A DNA stretch of 64,000 nt from Chrysomallon squamiferum (GCA_012295275.1 CM022679.1:4278001-4342000); one strand, 5' to 3'; numbered from the stretch's first letter, positions 1-15,405 are shown. Notes: generated by a model not told the origin, from the sequence alone. Numbers and translations are program-made.

Positions 1-547
1 TTTTCTTCTTTTCACAGACTTACATACAAGCATTTATACATACATTTATTTATCCAGAGATGAAGGCATAAAAGTGTACATATATAGTGACTGACATGTA
101 CAAATGTACAGACACAGAGACTGACTTTAGGTTCTTGATCTGTCTCTTTTCATTATACGATTCCGCACACAACATAAAAGACAGTTTTATTCTTCTCACG
201 ATTTTACGATGGACTCACAGAACGATTCAAGTAGCTGATGAGGCCGTACGTTTCATTTAAATAGATTATCTTTAAATATTCTAAGAAGGGGCGGATGGGA
301 CTCGTATTTCAGAATGTCACAGCCATCGTGGTCTTTATGCATTGATTTAGGAGGATCCTAGTCAATGGATCACTGACGGTAGCTTTTCTAGCTCTTCGGT
401 CATGATTCACTGAAATTTAGTTTTTCGATTTCGAAATTGTTTGATTTGTTTGTTTGTAACAAATGCCTTTAAACAAGTTGTGTTAAATGTTTTCTGTTTA
501 TTTAAATTCTTTCTTTTGTTCCCTTGCTATTCTATTTTTGTTTTATT

Positions 548-669
<122 letters not shown>

Positions 670-967
670 ACAACACACACATGCACACTCACTTTCTTCA
701 GAGTAATCATCGCTAGTAATAAATAATAGAACAATAAACTAGCAAGACGGTCTTAGTTAATACATACCCATGCTCGTAAACACGTTACTGGAAAATGGTC
801 GAAAACTGGCATTATTTGTGCGTTCTAAAAAAAAAAAAAAACGGGTTAACAATCCCACGTCTATTTATTTACGACACCAGACTCGCCTAATTTGTCTCAC
901 ACGAAACTCACAGCGTCTGCAGTTCACAATGACGTCTTCATTTGACCGAGCCTCTCTTTCTGAACAA

Positions 968-1003
<36 letters not shown>

Positions 1004-1536
1004 CTACCGCTGATATTTTCCACACGTAATGTAATCACACTTCGCTTGTGAGGGTTCAAGAATTTCGAGTTCTAAAATCAGTGTTTCCTAGACAATGACC
1101 TCCGGCTCAGACGTGGCTCGCATGAAACGAGGGACGGGACTATTGTTTGGGGTACAACCGCTGTGAAACGTAGGACAATAAAGACCAGTTTTGCTCTTAA
1201 TGCAATTCGCTGAAGTTAATCCGATGTAAGATTTAACTGTATTCGGGAAGTATTTGAATTGTCAGTATCTGGACACGAAATGCAAAAATATTTCATTTGA
1301 GCTATCGAAACCGAGCTAAATCATGAAGATGATAAGACTGTTATTGTAGTTTCGCAGAAGTAATGTTAAAAGCCATATTTCTGAAGTACGCAACATTGTC
1401 ATTAATTGTATGGAGTGCTGAACAAGTATTTATTCTTTGTTAATGTTTGCTTTAAAACTGAACTACCGTTAACTAGGATAAAAATGAATATATGCACTGA
1501 GACCCCTTTATGCACATGCATTGTATGTATATATAT

Positions 1537-1573
<37 letters not shown>

Positions 1574-1899
1574 CATACGTACATAGTAAATACATAAGTA
1601 TGTATACACACATACATACTTCAAAGATACAGTCGGTATCTTGAAGTATACGGGTTTTATTATCGCTGCCTTATCTTATAGATCTGCTGGCAGGGAATCT
1701 GTGATCGATTGTGAAATACGACTATCCTTAATATCGATGACGTGTTTGTAATACAGCACTAAACTTAGTGAACTTGTGCAGTAATAACAGTCTGCCGCAT
1801 CGTATTGCGTATCGGTCTGTTTGTATGTCTGCCTGTATTTCTTTTTTCTTTCTTTTTATATTTCCAAGTATCTACGTGTCAGTTTATTATATATTTCCA

Positions 1900-1935
<36 letters not shown>

Positions 1936-3779
1936 TATTCATTCATTCACGTATCCATGTTTATGCATATCTGTATTTGTTTCTGTTCATCTTTCTATCC
2001 TCCTATTTATTTGTTCCTATCTACCCCTAAACCTGTGTGTCTTTTTCCATATTATCTGTCTGATCGTATAGGTTTGAATTCATCTTTTTTTTTTCATTCT
2101 TTTTTTATCTTTCTATTTGTCTGTTCATGTTTGAATTCATCTTTTTGTTCATTTTATCTTTTCTTTTCCTCTTCTTTTTTTTTTTTTTTTTTTCTCATAT
2201 ATAATAACAAAAATATTTTCGTATTAGTTAATCGATAGATCGAAAACCAGATTATTGCGTGCTTGGAGAAAATTAATAACACAATCTAACGAGGAAGGAA
2301 GTGGTTTTTGACTTGAGTAAACTAAAGATAGTTAATATGTTAAAAGATGCAGTAATACGTAGAGAATTAGCATCAGAAGCTTTATACATTCTACAATAGC
2401 CGTTCTGAAAACGTATTTGTGTAGTTATTAGGTTTCGATCTTTGATAACTCTGCCCGTGGTATTAGTTTATTACAGCGACAAGGTATTTTTGTGTTTTGT
2501 TTAGAGACAAAGGTTCTGTGCGTGTGTTGAAATACAATAATACAAAGAAAACAATAAGTGGATTGGAAGAAAAAACGAATGAAAAGAAACCAAGGTAACA
2601 AATAAAGAAATAATGTAGATATAACAAAAAAAAAAAGCGAAGAAAAAATTAAAGCGAAATAAATTAGCAAAAAAAAATTAATAAAATAATAATAATAATA
2701 AAAATATAACAAAAGGATAAAAAAGTAGGAAAGGACAAATAGAACATTGAAATGTATAAATGACAAACAGAAAATAAAAGATGAATGAATGAAAATGAGT
2801 AAGTGAGCAAAAGAAGAAAAAAAAAAATTAAGTAAAACAGGAAAATTCAAAGAAGTGATGAAAAAATGTAGGAAAAAAATAAAATCAGAAAAAAAAAAAA
2901 AATAAAGAACTTTCAAAGTTCATTCTCCTTAGAACTGTATCTTCCAACCATCTCAGACTAAAAGCTAAGGACATTACTTGAGAAATAACGAAATTTTCAC
3001 AAAATAAGCCATGAAGAAATCCTACAAGGATGAAAAGGGTATTGTCAGGCCAGCGACATCTCCAACAAATACAAATTAATCTCCCTGTGTCGTCCTAACG
3101 TATCACATATTGATATAATCAGCCAAATGCACTTGACATTCGTGTAAGATCGATGTTTAAACTGATAATTATACCGTCCAACAATTATCCATTGCCAAGG
3201 AAGATTTAAAGATTCCTCGCCACTCCATCAAAGCAAGCGAGTTCGCGAGGAATGAAGATACTGGAATTAAACCTCATTTTCTGTACATCACTAATAGGAT
3301 TTAGCATTTCTAGAAGTATCTGGGTGTAAAAAGAAAAGAAAAAAGACGAAGAAGAAAAAAAAAAAAAAAAAAAAGAGAGAGAGATAACTTGGACTGTTCG
3401 ACGAGTTTTCGTTCTTAAAGCCGGAGATTCTTCATGGCCTCTGTTGCCAGCAATTTGCGATGGTTTTGTCATTGGATTTCTTTTGTGTGTTCTTGTGGTC
3501 TTCTTTCGCTTAATCAAATTGTGACAGTTACTACAGAGTAACTGCATTACAGTTCGATTGTTTCGTTTTAGTATTACTCGAAGAATATTGATGCGACGAT
3601 GGTTTCTTATGGATTTCGGGAAAACGCGGAATGGAAATTCAGAACACTTTAATGAACGATATGTCATCGCGCCCCGGTAGATACTTAACGAGAAGACAGA
3701 GTGAGAAATATAAAAAACAAATTTAATTAATTAAAAAAAGAGAAAGAAACGAGACATCGTAATGACTGCGCATTTAGTT

Positions 3780-3915
3780 TAATGATTATTACAGAGCAAT
3801 TCAGAGAATTGAGAAAATAAATCTCGGATTGTATTTGTTTTGCTTTTTTTACTCTGAGAGCTGACAGTGTTTTCACACTGAAATACAATGCTGCTGTTTG
3901 TTTAGGAAATTTAAT
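3780..3915 (-). repeat. ~130-bp dispersed repeat, copy A (inverted relative to 11828-11952)
   Basis: The reverse complement aligns end to end with 11828-11952, including a long identical block gagatttattttctcaattctctgaattgctctgtaataatcatt. Confidence 0.9.
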
Positions 3916-3931
3916 AGTAGTAGTAGTAGTA

Positions 3932-3997
<66 letters not shown>

Positions 3998-4094
3998 TAA
4001 AGAAAAAGAAAAAGGAAGAAAAAACAAACAAAAACAGGAATAATAATCAGAGTGCCAACAACAACAACAACAACAATAATAATAATAATAATAA

Positions 4095-4142
<48 letters not shown>

Positions 4143-6808
4143 AAGTAGCAGAAGTAGCAGTAATGATAGTAATAATAGTAGGAATGAATGTAAACATGAT
4201 AGAACAACTATGGTCATGGTGATTATGATCGTAAATAATAACACACCATTGTCATTAACATAGATTTAAACGCTAATTCATTATAGTTCCTTGAAATAAA
4301 TATAAACACACAGTACATCAGCTAGGCTGTTAGCTGAAAAAAAATGAACTGCTAGAAGATTAATGTCCAGTGACAGTGACAGGATGCAGTGACAGTCATC
4401 TCAACCAATACATTTTTAGAAAGATGCGGATATCAGCAGGCGATCTCTGTCCTTACGAACCATTTAGTTTTATGTGTTGTCGAGCTCAACGACTCAGATA
4501 ATGATCTGAAAACTGTTTTGACACACAGTCGTTATGGCGTTATAAACAAATATTTATTTAAAGATACATCAAAATTACTAACGGTTAGAAAGTGTCAGAC
4601 TTAACAGTGGGTGACTGATATAAATAGAAATAGGCTGTATTCATTCCATCGGCTTTGACTGTTACAGGCATTTATCACAGCGGCTTGCTCTGGTTAATTA
4701 TTATCTCGCTTACTCAGTCATTCCACGTGCTAAACGTAACATTTAGTAACAAGGGGACGTTCACTTTAACTTCTCTTAGATTGATAAGCATTTGTAATAG
4801 CCAAACGTAAACCACTTATAATCAACTGCTGGAACGAGAAAAAAGAATCTGATCTTGTAATCTAACTAGTCGTTCATGAATAATTACCATGACATAGTTA
4901 ATCAGTGACGCATAAATGAGTGTTCAAAAAGAACAAACGCAAATCAGATCAACTCATCGTGGCATAACTTTTATAGTCAAATCCTTTTTCTTTTTTCATC
5001 CGTCATTTTCACCCTCCTTTTCAAATAAACAGGAATTTTTGCTAACTGTTAACATTTATTTATTAAACTCTGGATTTTATTTTTATCAGCAGTGCATTTG
5101 TTTTCTTCTCCTTTTATTTAAAAGAAATACAAATAATAATACTAAAACAAATTATAATGTTCAGTTCGTTTACTACTTCATTATTAATATAATTATCATT
5201 AAATTTAGTTCCGTAATCTTAAAGACCACTGAACAGTGCAGTATGTCCTTGTTTTAACGTAAATCAGTTTCAGAGCTGATAAAAATGTGATCCAAGACCA
5301 GCGTTTGAGTTGCCCACTTCACGCTGGACAGATGGCATAGATGGAATGAGTCACATCACAAACACTTGTGTATGATTTTTTAATGATAAAAGTTGTGAAT
5401 TTTTTTAGAATATATATATATTTGAACATTCAAAGTATAATTCTACAGGTTCACCACAGTCTTTTGACAAAATGCAATTTAGAACACAGATATCGGTCAT
5501 GATATAAGGACCTGGAAGTAAAAAAAAATCACACAGTATTAAAAATATCAGTATTATAATGTTAAAAAATGTGAACATTATTATTTTAAAATATTTGCGA
5601 TTAAACAGATTTCCGGCATCTAATTGTCCATTAAATCGAAGATGTTCGCCATAAACAGACTGAATTACTTATTTTGTATGGACTCATGACCTATAGACAT
5701 TTTGCTCCGTCGGAATTTTTTTGTTTGTGTGTTGACAGTAAACTGTTTTTCTTCAATAGCGCAAATTAATATTTACAGACAGGGAGCAAAATAATTAATT
5801 GTAAGGATTCTAAAATAATATTTAGGGGCACTTTTTGTTTAACAATATATATTTCCCCTAATATTAGAATAGCATCGGATCAGTATACAGTTCATTATAT
5901 TTTTTTTACATTTTATTCATTTAAAACTCATTTATTGGAGATAATTTTTTGTGTAGTAGCTCGTTTAAACTTGGTGAGATGTAGTTTAATAAACAGGATT
6001 TGGACAGAGCTTTTACAACAATTAAATCCCATTCTAGAGAGCGGATTTCACGGTTTTTTTTTTTAGGCCTAAAATATCAAGTTATTAAGTACCTTTTGAT
6101 GTTAACTTTTCTCTGTTGTATTTGCAGGTGACACCAAACGTTTAGAACGCAGGAAATAGCAAAGAACCCGCATCGAACATAGCGCTTGGGAACCCAGAAG
6201 TGTTATCATGGGAACACTGCAAAGTATTCAGAAGACATGATCGCGTTGTGAAACTATGATAAAGTTTATGAAATAAATATTTATTATTTACATGAAATAT
6301 TTTCTTTTCATAATTCGTCATTTAAACCAATGTGTTTTGTATATTTGTCAACAGATCGAGGTAATTTATAACGATAGTTCACATATACTTAAAATAACAG
6401 GATGAATAAACATTTAGGTAAAATTTCGATAAATATGCTCTTCTAAGAAATGACTATATCATTGCCGCTGCCTTCAAACTGAAAGTCGTGAAATGTGATA
6501 TGGCGTCCAACACAGTAATGAATTATTATTATCATCTTGTTTCTCCTCTGTTTTCACTTCGTGACTGCATGCATTTTAATGACGATTGTTTGACATTCTT
6601 CGACTACGACTTGACGTTTGTGGGAATACACAACGCTTCTAAAACCATGAACTTTTTTCTGCCGATGACACTGAAATACCATCTGCTATTAAGCCGAATC
6701 CCCAAAAACGTAATGTAAAAAATTTTGCCTCAAAGGATCGGTTTAATTACCTGTTTTTATTATCTATCTACCTGTCTGTCTGTCTGTCTGTCTCTCTGTC
6801 TCTCTGTC

Positions 6809-6851
<43 letters not shown>

Positions 6852-8255
6852 GCCTATCTATCTATCTATTTTATTTTATTTTGTCAATACTGTTAATTTT
6901 TTTTTATTTTATTTTATTCATTTATTTTAATTCTTTTATATTTTATTATTATCTTCTTTTTTTTTTTTTTACTGTTTATTTATTTTTTGGTATATATATA
7001 TTTTTTTATTATATTTTTTTTTCTTTTTTTTTTTTTATTTTATTTTTTATTTATTTTTTTTTATTATTTTTTTTTTTTGGAGGGGTGAGTATTATTTACA
7101 AGAAAATTTATAAAGTTCCAATACTCTTGATCCAGCAGTCATCTATTATCAAATTCGGTTACCTCCCCTGCACTCATGAGTTTGCAAAACAAAGTAGTTG
7201 GAAAAAAAAAAAAAATAACAATAAGAATAAGATAAAATAAAACAAAAAAGAAAAGAAAGAAAGAAAGAAAAAGAAAATAAGAATTAAAAAAAAAAAAAAA
7301 AAAAAAAAAAATAAAAAAAAACCCAAAGAATTAAAAGATAATGTCGAAACAACTCAAACATTCAACAGAAATCCATGAACTATAAACAGCAGTGACAACA
7401 ATAACAGAAACAACAGCAGCAGCAGTAAAAACAACAAAGAAAAAACTGTCAAAATAACGATATGATGTTATTTGTTTCATCTACACCAATTTTCCAGTTT
7501 GCACACAGAAGTAACAAGTCGACTTTTTTTTCATGTCGTCTGCTAAATCTAACACGTACGATCTCGCGCCAACTGGCGAACTGAATCTTATCAGAAATGC
7601 AGCTAATTTTATCTTCTGCAAAAAAAAAAACAACTGTGTAGTAGAGGCAAAGAGGAGAGGAGTATTTTTTGTTATTTATTTATCTTACAACATTTTTGTT
7701 TCATTTTTTTTTTCTTCTCTAAAGTATGTTGCGGAAAATATATAATTCTGCTGTTATAACTCAGTATTTTAGGATGGCATTGACATACGTTAGTAAAGTA
7801 AATAACTCAATTTTCCCATTAATTTTATATTTTCCGACAGATATTTTCCCTCTGTCACTTTCTTAAAACGAAACAAATGTTGTATTCAAAAGTTATGCCA
7901 TCCATTATGCAACGTGTAAAGCTGGTCTTTTGTGATTTAATGGAACTGCCTCTTGTAGACATTATTTTTTTTATTTTTATTTTTTTTTAAATTTCATTCT
8001 CGTCTGGTTTATTTTAACCAGGTCAGGTATGTAGATGTGTATGCTTTAATGCTTCCCGGTAACGTGCATGTGTTGGTATTTTCCTTTAATGTTGCAAGCA
8101 GTGGTACAGTTGTTACTTCTTTCCATGGGTGTATCGTTCGAGGGGGTGGAATGCCCATACACATTTGGGGAAATCTGGACAAAGCAGGAAGAAGCTGATA
8201 GCTCTGTTTTTACGTGTGAAAATATGTGGACAAATCAATCCCTCTGAAATATTTA

Positions 8256-8367
<112 letters not shown>

Positions 8368-11300
8368 ATGTATCTCTGTGTGTTTATATACATTTTTATG
8401 TATCTATATCTGTTTCTAACAAGTGTTAAATACACATTCAGAAGATGGAAACTCGGAGTATTTAACAACCTATTAACATAAACGATCAACCAGTGCAGAA
8501 AAGTTTACTTCCTCAAATAAGCAAGACAGGCACCTGGATGTGTTTGATTGACACAAGATAGCACATATTTATTTTAAACGCATTCCTGTGCTCTAGATAC
8601 TGACAGAAGCAGGTGAGATATCATAACTAACATTCATAGACAAAATCAGCTTCTGAACACAACTTGGAGCCAGAAAGCACGTAAATTTTATTAAATCTGT
8701 AAATTGTTTGTAATTTAAACTGCTAATGTCGGCAACTGTTTTCGGGGACGGATCCATTTGAGGATGTGGGGAGGTGCACTAGTTTGTCCATGATATCGTG
8801 GGTCCTCGTTGATGACTTTTTGTTATGAAATTAATTGTCTTTATTCCTTATGAAGAAAGGTTTCTTGATCATATGTAAATTGTAAGTAATTCTTCTTTTG
8901 CGAAACAAATTTTGATACATGTTACTGATAATGTATTCTCAGTAGAAAGAAGAAGAAGAAAATGAAGACTAAGAAGAAGAAAAACAAGAAGGAGAAGAAA
9001 AGAACAAAAAGAAGAAGAAGAAGAAGAAGAAGAAGAAGAAGAAGAAGAAAAGAAGAAAAAGAAGACGAAGAAGAAAAAGACAACAAAAAAATCCCATATA
9101 GTACGTTTTTAAGAAGAATTTTGAAAAAACTTTCCTTCATTTCTGTCGAGGTCCACTTTCTCGTTAAGAAACATTCTTGACGGCACACTCTGAATATTTT
9201 CATATTTTCATGGAGCTTCGTTTTTCTTATTAGTTAATGTATATATGTGTGTGTATGTTTGTGTGTGTGGTATATGTTTTTTTATTTCAGTCCTAGCTAA
9301 CGCCTTCACAAACAGGTCAGTAAAAAGACTTGCGAAGTGCTATGAAAACTGAGTAATCAGCTGAACCGACAGGACGAGATAATTCTCGAAAACGTACTCA
9401 AAATCAAACTCAAAATCAAAAACGCAGGTGTTGACTGTGAGCTAATTTCCCGTTCTGGCAAAACGAGAGATGCTTTATTAGCATGCTCAACATACCCTGT
9501 TGATTGTTTCACCTGTCAGAGATAACTGTCGTGACAGGTGAGGGAAACTTACAAACACCTCTCTGTTGTTGTTACTGGAATATTACACCTAGCATCGCGT
9601 CTACTGAATAGTTTGATTACCGTAGTACGTCAAACACTCGCCAAGATGGTCATACGGTTAAACCTTCGGACCGAAGACTCTCAGACACAGGGAACGCATC
9701 TCAGTACCGACAGGTACAAGATTTTGGAAAGAGATAACATCACTACACATTTTCTTCTTTCTATGTAAATCGTTAATATACAAGTATTAAAATTGGGGTA
9801 AATAACACAGCTTTGTGAATTTATTTCATTACAAGCATGATCTGATCTTTTAACTGGATACAAGCATGTTTCAAGATGGTTAATTGGGTGGGTGTAAAAC
9901 ACTGAGTATTTGTCAGCTAGATTAAACTGTCATTTTTCAACAAACTTATACTGTGATATAAAATAATTTGAAAACAGAAACAATATGAGTTATTAATGCA
10001 AGTCAGTAAGAAATGAATTATTTAACAAAAGCATTAAATAAGTCAATATTCATTTAATATTGCTTTTATATAGTGAGGCATTAAAAGGTGTCTGATAATT
10101 TATATCTATTAGCGTCCTGACATCGATATGCCTTTCCAAAAAGTTAAATTCGGCCTCGTTCACAGAAAAACCTCAGTTCACGTAAATGTAATACGTGAAC
10201 ATGTCACGATATTCTTCAATTCCGTCTTCTACTTTTTTTTAAAACTTTTTTGGGGTTTTATCTCGTCTGACCAAGTAAGCTATAAATAATATTTGTTATC
10301 TAATACTAATCTACACCTCGAACGTGCTGACATATTTTAAGTTAATTTTAGGTTTCCGGGTTCTAAGTGGCATCATTTTACGTGAAAGATCTTGCGATGT
10401 TTTCAGACACACGTAATATCAGTGTGAAAATTTCTCTGATTAAATACAGTCTACGACGTTCGTATTGAAAAAGCTGAAATGAGTTTAAATAATACAGATG
10501 TTACAAACGACCTATATTTTATTATAATCTAACTTTGAGTGTGGTTTCTGTAGTTTGTTTTTTTTTTTTTTTTTTTTTTTTAATTTAAAATTTCAACAAA
10601 GAAAAAATGTTGCTAGTATTAACTTTTCAAAGCACCTCTGAAGAAGTCTGTCACTGATCCTGCTTATAAAAAAATAAAATATGTCAAATATTGCCGAACT
10701 GATATCGGCAAACAGAAATTAAAATAAAACAAAAAAGATAGTTCTAGTTACGTTACTGAGAAACACAAATCAGTCAAATACTGCTCATGTTCAGAAATTA
10801 AGTCGGCAAACTGAAATTAAATAAAAAAAAAAAAATAAAAATAATAAAAAATAATAAAATAAAATAAAAGAAAAAGAAAAGGAAAAAAAAAAGTATGACT
10901 AATTGAGGCAGGAGGAAATAGGAAGGTAATATAAAGGCCACTAAATCAGTCAGTGGGTGGTATGGAAATAACTTTGCATTTTATTGTTAGAAACAAAAAA
11001 AAAAATAAAAAAAATAAAATAAAATAAGAAATAAAAACAAACAAACAACAAAAAATAGGTAAAGCTATTTCGCCATATGTAATTAATAACGACAATGTTG
11101 AATACCCTGATTTTAGATCGAATACAAAAAAACAAAAAAAAAAAAATAATTTTTTTTTTCTTTTTTCATTTACTTATTATTTCTTGTTTTCTTTCTTCTG
11201 TCGCTTTATCTTCATTTTTATTATTTTTTTCTTTCTTTCTTTCTTTTTGCATTCTTCACAAACTTGTAACTTTATCAGAACAACGCGGAACAAGAACGTT

Positions 11301-11654
11301 CTTTTTTTAATTAATCTATTTTTAATTTATGTCTTTCCGTTTTGTTTTCTGATTGCGTTTTATCAGACGCTCGTTCCAAATTAAAACGCAAAATGAACAA
11401 CAGCAGCTGCAGTCCTGGAGAGAATGTTTTATACAGGATTAGGTTTCACCAGACAAACATGTACACCGGGTTATCTCCCACTCGTGTTCACGTGACTAAC
11501 ATACACATAACAGCGAGATTTACACGGAACGCACGTCATAATAAATAAATAAATAAATAAATAAATAAAACTCGTTCTCAGATTAAGTTTCCTCAAAAGA
11601 GAGATATAGATGTGGTAATTGTTTTATACGGATATACGTTAATAAACATGCACG

Positions 11655-11699
<45 letters not shown>

Positions 11700-11778
11700 T
11701 ACAAAGAAAATCATTCTTAATGCGACGAATATAAAAGCAAGTTATTTATTATTATTGTTGTTACTGTTATTATTATTA

Positions 11779-11827
<49 letters not shown>

Positions 11828-11833
<6 letters not shown>

Positions 11834-11952
11834 ATTTCCTAAACAAACAGCAGTATTTTATTTCACTGTGAAAACACCGTCAGCTAAAAAACAACAAATA
11901 CAATCAGAGATTTATTTTCTCAATTCTCTGAATTGCTCTGTAATAATCATTA
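11828..11952 (+). repeat. ~125-bp dispersed repeat, copy B
   Basis: See copy A; both copies abut (TTA/CTA)n tracts on the same side. Confidence 0.9.
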
Positions 11953-13478
11953 TTGTTGTTGTTGTTTTATTATTATTATTATTGTTGTTGTTGTGGTGGT
12001 GGTGGTGGTGGTGGTTGTTGTGGTGGTGGTTATTATTATTAGTAGTATTTAGTTTTTTGTTCACACGTAAGCCGTCAGTAGTCGGTGTTGCACGACAGCC
12101 GGTTCTTTGAAGTCTTCTATTTTCTGAAGCTTCTGTCGATAAAACAGTGAGAAAGACGAAATAAGCAGTTGTATAAAAATTTCACAAGTAACGTATTATT
12201 TTATGCAAGAGTTGCAGTTTGCACCTGTTCCACTGACACGAGGTGAAGAAGTTAAATATAACAGAGGCAATACAAGACAACTGATTAAAACGTATAACGA
12301 TTCGGAAAACGCCTAAATTACTGTTAGTGGCTTTTGTCTTCTGTTATCGTGGCGTAAAGCGCAAATCCAGACATGGGGCGTCGCGTCATATACCAGACTG
12401 GGCGACGTCATATTTTACGTATTTAAGAGAATTCGGCGTCACAATCAGGGCGTCATGTAGCGTTGTGTGTCAAACAAAGGGCGTCAAAAGGCGTCAATGT
12501 CAAATAGGATGTCAAGTGACGTTTCATACTATTATAGATCATACATTTTTTTTTTTTTTTTTTGACACTTATCCGGTTTAAAAATGATTCCTACTAAAAT
12601 CACGTAATTTTCTTCTTCATTTCCACAGTTTTCTTTTCCTCGTCGTTCCTCCGTCTTCTAAACCAATTTTCACGTCAGTCATTTAACTTGCTTTATCTAT
12701 TCTTCAGACTCTCGTGCTGGGAAAGATATTGTATTTTAAAATAATGTATTTTGGGATATCTTTGTTGTGTTTACGTAGCGCAGTCCCGTGTGACCTGTTT
12801 CAAAGAAAGACACCTTAAGGCGGCTGAACGTTTCTCAAAGTGTGCTGGAATTTTAAAAAGCTTTTTTTTTTTTTTCTTTACTTTTTTTTTTTTTTCCTGT
12901 GGATTTGTTTCCTTATCATTATCACCATAATTATCACTAATGTTTTCGTGGTTGTTGTTGTTTTTTGACGTCGTTCTACGACTTTGTCTTTGATAGTTGT
13001 AAAGTAATTTGTTTTTAATGTTGTTGTTGTTGTTATAATTACATGATTATGTATGTATATATATATATACGAAAGAAAACAACGACAATAACTATATCGC
13101 ATTTTTCGTGGGAATGGTCACATAGATTTCGGGTTTGCTTCATTTTTCTCTCATTTTTCGCTCTCTTTTTTTTTTTTTAAAAAAAAAAAAATTTTTCTTT
13201 TTCTCTTTTTTTTTTTTTTGTCTTTTTTTCTTTTCCTGAACTGTTTTAATGAAATCTAAATTAGAAGAGAACTTTTCCTGAACTGTTAAGTACGTCGTAA
13301 CGGAATGTTATCAGAAAGTAATGTAATGATTATATTGCCACATTAGTGTAAGTAAATTGGTGGGGCGACGGTGTAACTTTTTTTCTGATTCCGTAATAAA
13401 AATGACAAATAGTTTTTAATGCACACACTGTCATCGTGAATTAATTTGTGTGGTATATGTTTTATTTAGAAATAAGGT

Positions 13479-13528
<50 letters not shown>

Positions 13529-14447
13529 CATTCACTCATTCTCTCTCTTTCTGCATATATATGTTTGTATGTATGTGTGTGCGTGTGCGTGTGCGTGTGT
13601 TTGTGTGTGTGTGTAGAATAACTGATTTTTTTCTCTCTCAAACTTCATTTTCTTTACCTTTTTTTTAATTTTTTGTAGCAAAGGATGGTATGCAGAAACA
13701 AAGAAAATCATCACTTGAACGTACAAAAAAAAAAAAAACAAAAAAAAAAAAACATCTAGCAGTTAAACAAAGATTCAACAACTCTGAAATATAAAATTCA
13801 CATTTATTCACATTTAATTATTATGGACATTCTTTTGCATGGTATCAATTCTAGGCACGTATATCATAGTTGAGCCACGGCGAAAAGCTATTCGAACATC
13901 GTGAGAAAGATTTAAAAAAAAAAAAATAAGAAGAAGATACCTACTTTTCCTTCTTTTTGTACAGTTGAATAAACCTACATTTTTTTTACCGCAAACGTAC
14001 TGTGTAAATACGCATTCCGTTATACTGATGATTGTTTGATCTGACCCGACCATCTTCGGACAATTTACTCTTTCGTGATAGCATACTGACAGAAAATACT
14101 ATCGGAAGGAAACCGTAATAACAGCATTTAGGTTTTAGACTTATTAAGTTGTTTTACTTTGTTGAAGGTAAAATAATATCTTATAAAATGTTTAAAATGT
14201 TTTGTGTACGAGTGAAAAATCGCTTGCAGGACTAACTAAATTTGTTTCGTGTATGAGTCACGCCTCGACTGTTTCACGCTTTCGCGCAGTCACGGTTTGA
14301 CGTACCACGGAAAACAGATACGTAACATATATCATTAACATTTATAATTGAAATTTATTATTATTATTATTATTATTATTTTATATTATTATTAATATTA
14401 TTATTGCTATTATTATTATTATTACTATTATAATTATTATTATATTA

Positions 14448-14518
<71 letters not shown>

Positions 14519-14684
14519 TGTTAGTTATTATTTGTTTGTTATGAAACATTAAAATGCTGTTCGCCGTTAACTACCTTATTTATATTTATTTATTTTTTAA
14601 ATAATAATATTTTTGTGGCACACTGTAACATAGTACCAGTGAATATTGCAATAACATTGTGGCAATATTATTTCATGAATCGGA

Positions 14685-14996
14685 TTTGTAACTTTACAGC
14701 ATAATATTTATATCAGCAAATATTTGTAACGTGTATATAATAATAATAACATATCCGTGAGCTTTGTAACGTGTAGAATTATGGCAGTTATTGTATACGT
14801 AAGATTTGTAACGCGTAACATTTTAAAGATATCATTACATCATTAAGTTTGTAACGTGTAACAAGATAATTTAATAATTACATCTGTGCTATACAATCGT
14901 AACGTAACTATTATATTAATTATATCTTGTAACGCGTAATGTGATAAAATAATAATAATATATATATATATATATATAAGATTTGTAACGCATAAC
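14685..14996. repeat. Degenerate minisatellite-like array, ~40-bp period, core TTTGTAACGYGTA
   Basis: Core starts at 14685, 14723, 14763, 14805, 14848, 14926, 14982, with a partial copy near 14897. Confidence 0.8.
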
Positions 14997-15335
14997 ATAA
15001 CATAACAAGTCAATTATATATTTAAACTGTTTTCTTCTTTATATCGGTGAATTCTGCAAGAAACGTAATAATTATATTATTACGATTTTAACTTGTCACG
15101 TAATCGTAACGTAATCATTGTATCAATGAAATTCGTAATAAAATTGTGTCAGATTCAGCAGATGAGTGAACGAATATCAAAACGTTATTGTTTTTAATTT
15201 TTGTTTTTCCTTCTAACTACAGCTGTAGAAATAATATTATGTTTTGTGCGCTGAAATGAAAAAAATAAATAAATAAAAACAGCAAAATAATAAACAGGAA
15301 ATTTTCATTCAGAAATCGATTAATAATAAAATAAC

Positions 15336-15405
<70 letters not shown>

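Noticed and set aside
3252-3329. Signal-peptide-like short ORF MKILELNLIFCTSLIGFSISRSIWV on the plus strand
   Set aside because: Only 25 codons, no convincing splice donor and no downstream coding exons that would make a protein; expected by chance in AT-rich DNA.
14685-14996. CRISPR array interpretation of the spaced motif array
   Set aside because: The repeat core is only ~13 bp and degenerate, the spacers show residual mutual similarity, no cas genes are present, and the context is a spliceosomal eukaryote.
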